DNA from: Candidatus Omnitrophota bacterium
Lineage (GTDB): Bacteria; Omnitrophota; Gorgyraeia; S143-82
Length of the DNA: 58,001 nt
Assembly (NCBI GenBank): GCA_015494465.1
Contig: WGBD01000009.1
Location: forward strand, 1-58,001
Reading direction: 5' to 3'
Positions 51,644 through 58,001 of this stretch are shown here, in pieces. The notes below the pieces were generated by a model, which ran no database searches, was not told where the DNA came from, and worked only from the letters and a program-made list of their open reading frames with translations. The stretch's first letter is position 1; every line of letters begins with the position of its first letter. The position numbers were made by a program, and so were the translations under genes.

Positions 51644-52512
51644 CTTCGGATAGAGACCTTCCTTACTATCACTTGCCCTACGAGGTTCACTATCACGTTT
51701 ACCAGGAACAGCCACAGGCCTATCTGGATCAGAGAGCTCAGGTGCAGGTCCCCGACCGCCTCGGCGAATTCGTTGGCTATCACCGAGGCCATGGTGTTGC
51801 CCGGAGAGAAGAGGTCCTTGGGCATGCCGTTGAAGTTGCCTATCACCATCGTCACCGCCATGGTCTCGCCCAGCGCCCTTCCAAGGCCCAGGAGTATCCC
51901 TGCGTAAAACCCGGAGAGGCAGTAAGGGACGATGATGTTCTTTACCACCTCCCAGTCGGTTGCCCCTAAGGCCATACCCGCCTCTAACAGGTCCTGCGGC
52001 ACCATGGCAACCATCTCCTTGGAGATGGAGGAGATGTAGGGGATTATCATTATCGCAAGGACCAGGCTTGCAGTGAATATGCCCACTCCGAAGGGGGTGA
52101 TGTTCATTTTTATCTCCATCCAGCGCACTACCGGTACCAGAAAGAACAGGGCCCATAGTCCGTATATCACCGAAGGGATACCCGCCAGTAAATCTACTGC
52201 ATAGTCGAGGATATAGGCAAATCGTAGACCCTTTCGCGAATAGATGCCGAGGAATAAAGCTAAAGAGAAGGCCAAAGGCGTGGACATCAGCAGGGCAAGA
52301 AACGAGGTCAATAGTGTGCCGGTCAGAAAGGGCAGGGCCCCGAACTTGCCTGCGGTAGGATCCCATTCGGTAGATATAACGAACTTCCAGCCAAAGGCCT
52401 TTATCGAGGGCCCACTCGCTATGATTAGGGAAAGGAAGGTTATCCCGACGAACAGGATAAACAGAAAGGCGGTCAGGTTAAGGCCAATCCGAAACGCTTT
52501 ATCGCCGTCCAT
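51640..52512 (-). CDS. pstC: Phosphate ABC transporter permease
   Basis: WDP, LAGIPSVIYGLW, GRALGETMAV, IANEF.EA. Confidence 0.96.
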   Translation of the reverse strand: MDGDKAFRIGLNLTAFLFILFVGITFLSLIIASGPSIKAFGWKFVISTEWDPTAGKFGALPFLTGTLLTSFLALLMSTPLAFSLALFLGIYSRKGLRFAYILDYAVDLLAGIPSVIYGLWALFFLVPVVRWMEIKMNITPFGVGIFTASLVLAIMIIPYISSISKEMVAMVPQDLLEAGMALGATDWEVVKNIIVPYCLSGFYAGILLGLGRALGETMAVTMVIGNFNGMPKDLFSPGNTMASVIANEFAEAVGDLHLSSLIQIGLWLFLVNVIVNLVGQVIVRKVSIRR

Positions 52513-52584
52513 CTGTGCGACCTCGTCGGATCGTTGGGATAGCCCTTAAATTTTATCATCGTTTCCTTGTCTTGTGTGGTATTT

Positions 52585-53664
52585 TCAGGGCCGGCTCTCT
52601 GGTTGCAATAATACCTTACCTTTGAAGGTGAGTTTCTTCAACAGGGCCTCCACCTTTCTCTTGGCGGTGTCGGATAAGGGAGAGAAGTGTAGGGGCTTGG
52701 TGTACTTTTGTCCCTCGTGGGTCATCCACCAGAGAAGGTCCGCCAAGGCCTGGGCCTTTTCTTCGGATAGGCCTCCTTGAGATAGGTCCTGATAGACGAG
52801 TATCCAGGTAAATCCGGATATGGGATAGCCGTTAGGGGCAGAGGTGTCGCAGAGGGAGACACGCATGTCGTCGGGGAGTTCTATGTTGGCCGATTCGGTG
52901 ACGCTCTCTATAGAAGGCAGGACGAAGTTCCCGCTCTTGTTCTTTATGGCAGCGAAGGGCATATCGTTGGTGAGACAGTAGACCAGTTCTACGTACCCTA
53001 TTGCCCCGGGGAGCTGTTTTATCAGCCCCGCCACTCCTGCGTTGCCCTTGCCCCCCAATCCGGTTGGCCACTTTACTGCCTTGCCCTTGCCGACCCGCTG
53101 GGCCCATTCCTTGCTCACCTTGGAGAGGTAGTCGGTAAAGATAAAGGTGGTCCCACTTCCGTCGGAGCGGTGTACTACTATGATCTTCATAGGCGGGAGT
53201 TTGGTGCTGAGGTTTATCTGCTGTATTCGGGGATCGTCCCAACGGGTGATCTTGCCCAAAAATATGTCTGCTAACACCTCGGGCGTAAGGCGCAGAGAGG
53301 GATTACCCGGCAGGTTGTAGGAGATGGCCACTGCCCCTGCGGTAATGGGGATGTGGAGTACCGGTGCGGGGAACTTAGCCAATTCCTCGTCGCTAAGGTA
53401 GGCGTCGGATGCCCCGAAGTCCACCACCTTTGCCCTCAACTGTCTTATCCCCCCGCCCGATCCGATGGCCTGATAATTTACCTTTACCTTGTAGACTCTG
53501 TAGTACTCGCTGAACATCTTGGAGTAGAGGGGATAGGGGAAGGTGGCCCCTGCACCTACCAGTTCCTTTTCTTTGGCCAAGGCGTTAGATGTGAACGAGG
53601 GAGATGTAAACCCGAGAAAGGCCAGCAGGCTTACGAAGAGATAGAGGCCCCTAATCCTATTCAT
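52585..53664 (-). CDS. pstS: Phosphate-binding protein
   Basis: GAGATFPYP, YQAIGSGGG, DFGASD, RSDGSGTT, YPIS. Confidence 0.97.
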   Translation of the reverse strand: MNRIRGLYLFVSLLAFLGFTSPSFTSNALAKEKELVGAGATFPYPLYSKMFSEYYRVYKVKVNYQAIGSGGGIRQLRAKVVDFGASDAYLSDEELAKFPAPVLHIPITAGAVAISYNLPGNPSLRLTPEVLADIFLGKITRWDDPRIQQINLSTKLPPMKIIVVHRSDGSGTTFIFTDYLSKVSKEWAQRVGKGKAVKWPTGLGGKGNAGVAGLIKQLPGAIGYVELVYCLTNDMPFAAIKNKSGNFVLPSIESVTESANIELPDDMRVSLCDTSAPNGYPISGFTWILVYQDLSQGGLSEEKAQALADLLWWMTHEGQKYTKPLHFSPLSDTAKRKVEALLKKLTFKGKVLLQPESRP

Positions 53665-53760
53665 GGATACCTCCTGCTTTGTTTGTATTGGCTGAAAGGA
53701 CTTATTCGCATCGGATTTTCCTGCACGATGATATCGTAAAAAGCACGGTTTGTATAGAGA

Positions 53761-54066
53761 CTAATTTTCTTTCTGTTTTGTCCCATCCTTGCGGTAGATG
53801 TAGGCCAGTATGGTGGCAACCGCCCGGTATAGTTTCTCGGGGATCTCTTCCCCCACTTCTAGGGAAAACAACGCTTCTGCCAGGCGTTCGTCCTCGTGGA
53901 TGGCGATGTCCATCTCCCGGGCGATCTCTAAGATGCGTTCTGCGGTCAGGCGCTCTCCCTTGGCCAGCACCTTGGGTGCGCTGGCGGTTATCTTTCCGTA
54001 GCCCAAGGCCACCGCCTTTTTGGGCTTGGCCTTTTTGTCTATGCCTTTGCGTTTATCTTCATCCAT
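53761..54066 (-). CDS. Stand-alone FlhB C-terminal-like protein (FlhX/YlqH)
   Basis: KAVALGY, APKVLAKG, AERI..A, LA..L..LEVGEEIPEKLY.AVA.IL. Confidence 0.9.
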   Translation of the reverse strand: MDEDKRKGIDKKAKPKKAVALGYGKITASAPKVLAKGERLTAERILEIAREMDIAIHEDERLAEALFSLEVGEEIPEKLYRAVATILAYIYRKDGTKQKEN

Positions 54067-54782
54067 AGTGGTTGGGCCTTTGCAGGGACCAGTCTTCGGG
54101 TGCGTATGCGGGCGTTGAGTTCCCGGGCTATACGGGATAGTTCCGGGTCCTGGTTCATTGCCTTACGGTTTTTCTCGGTGGAGATGGTGATTTGGAGGGT
54201 ATCTTCCGGCCCAAGGAGGAATTCTATCTGCACGGCGCCAAAGCTCCTGGTCTGGGTCAGGCAAATAATCCTGCGCAGGCCGGTGCGAAAATGGTATCTG
54301 CTCTTGTTCCCTTCGTAGCGAAGGATGAGAGGAGCTTGCGTATTCTGTGATTGAAAAGAGAAAAAAGAGAGGATCGCGCCTTCCTCTAGGGCCCGCATGC
54401 CTAGGATCCGGATCTGCAGTAGGGTTTGCATGGCCTTCAATATCTGCTGGCGGGTGAAAGTCCCTCTTCGTCCAGCATCGGTGAGAAGTTGGCGTAGTGT
54501 CTTCAGGGGATCGTTTTTTCCTCCAGCGAGGAGGTACCACAGGGGTTTGTCTAGCCTGCCGGGTAGGATACGGAGATTCTCATTGAACGAAGGGACGATC
54601 TTTAGATGAGAGAGGACAGCTAACAGCTCCTTGATCTCCACGAGTCCGGGAAGGGCCTCTAGGGAGGCTTCGGCTTGCGCAGACTGAGGAGTGGAGACCA
54701 ATATATCCTCAGCGATGGATTGCAGTCTTCCTAGCAAGATGCCCAGCTGGGCAAAAGCCTTGCTCGAAGAAATCTCGTTCAT
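54039..54782 (-). CDS. Hypothetical protein with FliK-C-like C-terminus (YlqG-like)
   Basis: C-term LTQTRSFGAVQIEF..LQITISTE resembles FliK/T3S4 domain; directly upstream of the FlhB-C gene; start at ATG 54782. Confidence 0.5.
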   Translation of the reverse strand: MNEISSSKAFAQLGILLGRLQSIAEDILVSTPQSAQAEASLEALPGLVEIKELLAVLSHLKIVPSFNENLRILPGRLDKPLWYLLAGGKNDPLKTLRQLLTDAGRRGTFTRQQILKAMQTLLQIRILGMRALEEGAILSFFSFQSQNTQAPLILRYEGNKSRYHFRTGLRRIICLTQTRSFGAVQIEFLLGPEDTLQITISTEKNRKAMNQDPELSRIARELNARIRTRRLVPAKAQPLWMKINAKA

Positions 54783-54893
54783 GGCTAGATTATACCACCC
54801 GTTAGCGAAGGGAGGCGAACCGACAAAGAGGGTTTTGGTGTTGACACCAGGGACTGACGGTGGGATAAGAACATAGGAGATTAGGGTGAGAGA

Positions 54894-56924
54894 GTGAATC
54901 ATACGCACCATCACGGCCATCCCACGGATAAAGGGGATCGTACTCCTCCGGCGTGTGGTGATTGCCATACCAGCCACCATTCGCATCACGAGGAGATGTT
55001 ACATGACTTTCGAAAACGGTTTATCGTCTCCACCGCATTGACGGTGCCCGTCCTCCTGCTATCACCTATGGTGCAAAGGTTGTTCCGATTTTCTATTGCC
55101 TTCCCCGGGGACAATTACCTGTTGTTTCTGCTTTCCAGTGCGATCTTTTTCTGGGGCGGATCCCCATTCCTGCGAGGCTTTTGGGAGGAGATGAGGCAAA
55201 GGCGTCCAGGGATGATGACCTTGGTAGCGATAGCGATCACGGTTGCCTACGTTTACAGCAGTGCTGTAGTCTTTGGTTTAAAGGGCAGGTACTTTTTCTG
55301 GGAGCTGGTTACCCTTATAGACCTGATGCTCTTCGGACACTGGATCGAGATGCGCTCGGTCCTGAGTGCCTCTCGTGCTTTGCAAAGACTGGCGGAACTG
55401 ATGCCGGATAAGGCCCTTCTGATAAAAAAAGACGCGGCCTTGGTGGAGGTCAGGGTCGCGGACCTTAAAAAAGGGGACCGCGTGTTGGTCAGGCCCGGGG
55501 AGAGGATACCGGCCGATGGCGTGGTGGTGAAGGGATCTAGTTATGTCGACGAATCGATCCTCACCGGTGAGTCACGGCCGGTTAGGAAAGAAGCAGGGGC
55601 AAAGGTGGTAGGCGGGTCCGTCAATGGGGAAGGGGCGTTGGAAGTAGAGGTCACGGGCACGGGAGAGGAGTCTTACCTTGCCAAGGTCTTGCGCTTGGTG
55701 AGGCAGGCCCAGGAGACCAAGTCCCGTACGGAAAGATTGGCAGATCGCTCCGCAAGGTGGCTCACGCTCCTAGCTATAAGTGTGGCCGTCCCTACCTTTG
55801 TTTTTTGGTTCTACTTCGGCCCGGATCTGGTTTTCGCTGTGGAACGCTTCGTCACGGTTATGGTCATCGCCTGTCCCCACGCCTTAGGCCTGGCCATCCC
55901 CTTGGTGAGCGCGGTTTCTACCTCCATAGCAGGCCAGCACGGCATATTGATCCGCAACCGGGTTGCCTTTGAGAACGCCAGAAAGGTAAATGCAGTCGTC
56001 TTTGACAAGACGGGGACCTTGACGAGAGGGACCTTCGAGGTAACGGGGGTCTTCGTCTTCGATGATCATTACGACGAGGAAGGGATATTGCGGATCGCCT
56101 ATTCACTGGAAAGACAATCGGAGCATCCCATTGCTCGCGGGATCGTGAAAAAGGCAGAAGGGTTGGGATTGAGCCCTCTGGATGTAAGAGAGTTTGAATC
56201 CGTGAGGGGGAAGGGGATAAAGGGGAAGGTAGAGGGCAAACTCGTTCATCTGTTGAGCAGACGGGCCCTAGAGGATAAAGGGATTGGCCTGCCCGGGAGA
56301 GGGGAGCTCCCTGACGTAGGGACGGAGGTTTTCGTCCTGGTGGAGGACAGGCCTGTGGGGGTTATCGTATTGGGAGACCAGGTCCGGAAGCAGGCAAAAG
56401 AGGCAGTTGATGCCTTAAAGGGTCTGGGTATAAAGTGCTACATGTTGACCGGCGATAACGAGGATATTGCTAAGTGGGTGGCAGATCAGTTAGGCCTTGA
56501 CGGGTATTTTGCCGAGCTCATGCCCCATCAAAAGCAAGAGAAGTTGGAGGCGTTAAAACGAGAGAGGAAGTTCGTCGCTATGGTAGGTGATGGGGTAAAC
56601 GATGCCCCTGCCCTTGCCACCGCAGATGTGGGTATTGCAATAGGGGCAGGGACCGACGTTGCGGTAGAGACCGCAGACGTCGTGTTGGTGAATAGCAACC
56701 CAATGGATGTTGTCACTCTGATCCGCTTGGCGCGAGCTACTTATAGCAAAATGGTGCAGAACCTATTTTGGGCGGTGGGATATAATGTCTTTACGATCCC
56801 TCTAGCTGCAGGGGTCTTGATGAAGTATGGGATCGTCGTTTCCCCTGCGATTGGGGCCTTGTTGATGTCCTTAAGTACCGTGATAGTGGCGGTAAACGCC
56901 CGCACCCTCAGGTTGCCTAAGTAG
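54894..56924 (+). CDS. copB: P1B-3 copper-translocating ATPase
   Basis: His-rich N-terminus, [31 protein letters not shown]. Confidence 0.93.
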   Translation: MNHTHHHGHPTDKGDRTPPACGDCHTSHHSHHEEMLHDFRKRFIVSTALTVPVLLLSPMVQRLFRFSIAFPGDNYLLFLLSSAIFFWGGSPFLRGFWEEMRQRRPGMMTLVAIAITVAYVYSSAVVFGLKGRYFFWELVTLIDLMLFGHWIEMRSVLSASRALQRLAELMPDKALLIKKDAALVEVRVADLKKGDRVLVRPGERIPADGVVVKGSSYVDESILTGESRPVRKEAGAKVVGGSVNGEGALEVEVTGTGEESYLAKVLRLVRQAQETKSRTERLADRSARWLTLLAISVAVPTFVFWFYFGPDLVFAVERFVTVMVIACPHALGLAIPLVSAVSTSIAGQHGILIRNRVAFENARKVNAVVFDKTGTLTRGTFEVTGVFVFDDHYDEEGILRIAYSLERQSEHPIARGIVKKAEGLGLSPLDVREFESVRGKGIKGKVEGKLVHLLSRRALEDKGIGLPGRGELPDVGTEVFVLVEDRPVGVIVLGDQVRKQAKEAVDALKGLGIKCYMLTGDNEDIAKWVADQLGLDGYFAELMPHQKQEKLEALKRERKFVAMVGDGVNDAPALATADVGIAIGAGTDVAVETADVVLVNSNPMDVVTLIRLARATYSKMVQNLFWAVGYNVFTIPLAAGVLMKYGIVVSPAIGALLMSLSTVIVAVNARTLRLPK

Positions 56925-56957
56925 CTCCTCGGGTTTTGTGATAAAAGGAGACCCAGG

Positions 56958-57404
56958 GTGGAGAGGAAGAGGAGGATAAAAATCTTATTCCTGTGTACGG
57001 GGAACTCCTGTCGCAGTCAAATGGCCGAGGGTTGGGCTCGGCATCTGTGGGGAGAGGTAATGGAGGTCTATTCTGCTGGTGTGAAGGCAGGTTCGCTGGA
57101 TCCTCTCGCAGTAGTTGTTATGCAAGAAGCGGGAGTGGACATCTCCTCACAGTATTCCAAGCATGTATCCGAGGTCCTGCACATAGATTTCGATTGGGTC
57201 ATTACCGTCTGCGACCACGCCCGGGAGACCTGCCCTAATTTTCCGCGCAAGACCAAGAAACTGCATCGGGGCTTTGACGATCCTCCCCACCTTGCCAAGA
57301 CCGCCAGCAGTCCAGAAGAGGCCTTACAGCACTACCGACGGGTGCGGGACGAGATAAGATGCTTCGTTGAACGATTGCCAGAGGTGTTAGGAACAGTGGA
57401 ATGA
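56958..57404 (+). CDS. arsC: Arsenate reductase (LMW-PTP, thioredoxin-type)
   Basis: CTGNSCRSQMAEG, VITVC...ETCP, FDDP, VRDEI. Confidence 0.92.
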   Translation: MERKRRIKILFLCTGNSCRSQMAEGWARHLWGEVMEVYSAGVKAGSLDPLAVVVMQEAGVDISSQYSKHVSEVLHIDFDWVITVCDHARETCPNFPRKTKKLHRGFDDPPHLAKTASSPEEALQHYRRVRDEIRCFVERLPEVLGTVE

Positions 57405-57706
57405 ATGTGGCTCTCGTCATCCGGACCGAGCACTGAGCTCTGGGTGGAGAGTGATGCCTGTTCTCAACTCGGAAGATAAAAGGAGATTCCACTTTATTTT
57501 TCCTGCTTTCTTCCTTGTGCGGACGAGTCGGAAGGACACCTTAAAAGAGTTTGAAACAGCAATTAAAATGGCTCCGCTCGTGTGAGGCTTTGCGAACCTT
57601 CAAGGACGAATTGAAAATAGAGGTGATAAGGGGCAAGGGACACCCTCAAGAAATTAAAGTCGTTGCCTCGTGAAATTATTCTTTTGAAGATGAAACTCCT
57701 ACGAAC

Positions 57707-57735
57707 TTGACTTTCTTTGAATTTTTCCATATAAT
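57707..57735 (+). promoter_or_regulatory. Sigma70 promoter
   Basis: TTGACT-17 nt-TATAAT upstream of the HTH gene. Confidence 0.7.
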
Positions 57736-57806
57736 TATGGACGATGTTAAACTATTGTGTACTTGACTGTGACCTTCTGATTGCGAACTGTGGAGGCACA
57801 TAGGGT

Positions 57807-58001
57807 ATGAGAAACAGCGAAGAAAAGTTGATGACCGTAAAGGAAGTAGCAGAATACTTGCGACTTGACGAGCATACGATTTACAGAATGGCGAGAAAGG
57901 GAGAGATACCCGCTTTTAAGATTGCTGGACAGTGGCGGTTTAAAAGAGACCTAATAGAAAAGTGGCTCAAAACTAAAACGAAGGGAAAACACTATGAGTG
58001 A
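57807..58001 (+). CDS. Excisionase-like helix-turn-helix protein (HTH_17)
   Basis: LMTVKEVAEYLR...TIYRMA..GEIPAFKI.GQWRF. Confidence 0.9.
   Translation: MRNSEEKLMTVKEVAEYLRLDEHTIYRMARKGEIPAFKIAGQWRFKRDLIEKWLKTKTKGKHYE

Noticed and set aside
51644-52366. 516-aa PstA with long N-terminal extension
   Set aside because: Extension overlaps pstC in another frame; real start is ATG 51643
53665-53760. PHO box upstream of pstS
   Set aside because: No convincing 11-bp-periodic direct repeats
57410-57480. Riboswitch downstream of arsC
   Set aside because: Only weak hairpins; no family consensus recognised

Overview
Origin-of-replication region of a diderm, probably anaerobic bacterium. Gene content (LpxL-ELM1 fusion, group 3b hydrogenase, POR) suggests Candidatus Omnitrophota, but this is inference only. 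Bases 1-26 are Nextera adapter, so this is a contig end. Left of oriC almost all genes are on the - strand: LPS genes (lpxL-ELM1, lpxK, waaA), oppBC-like permeases, a SbcD/SbcC-like pair, tRNA-Pro, and an AT-rich island of about 4.8 kb (AAA remnant, AbiE toxin-antitoxin pair, PDZ lipoprotein, HEPN-like gene, degenerate transposase-like relics). Next come a group 3b [NiFe]-hydrogenase operon with an unusual maturation set, porGDAB, rubrerythrin, coaC, rpoZ, tRNA-Pro, gmk, yicC, ndk, parB, a dense parS array, parA, yidC, yidD, rnpA and rpmH. Right of oriC are dnaA, dnaN, dciA-like, gyrBA, mgtE, slyD-like, an RRM protein, a PadR-RND efflux operon, amtB-glnK-GATase, pstSCAB-phoU, a fliK-like/flhB-C pair, copB, arsC and an HTH gene. 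The best candidate for a new system is a HypC (NiFe Fe-chaperone) domain fused to a HydE-like (FeFe maturase) radical SAM enzyme. It is co-encoded with a zinc-finger-less HypA and a small Cys2 membrane protein, and there is no hypB/D/E/F in the window. Other highlights are 15 parS sites (13 between parA and parB, with related spacers), an ANTAR-type antitermination leader on amtB, and an RND-TolC single-ORF fusion with an internal signal peptide. All calls come from reading motifs by eye; no database search was run.
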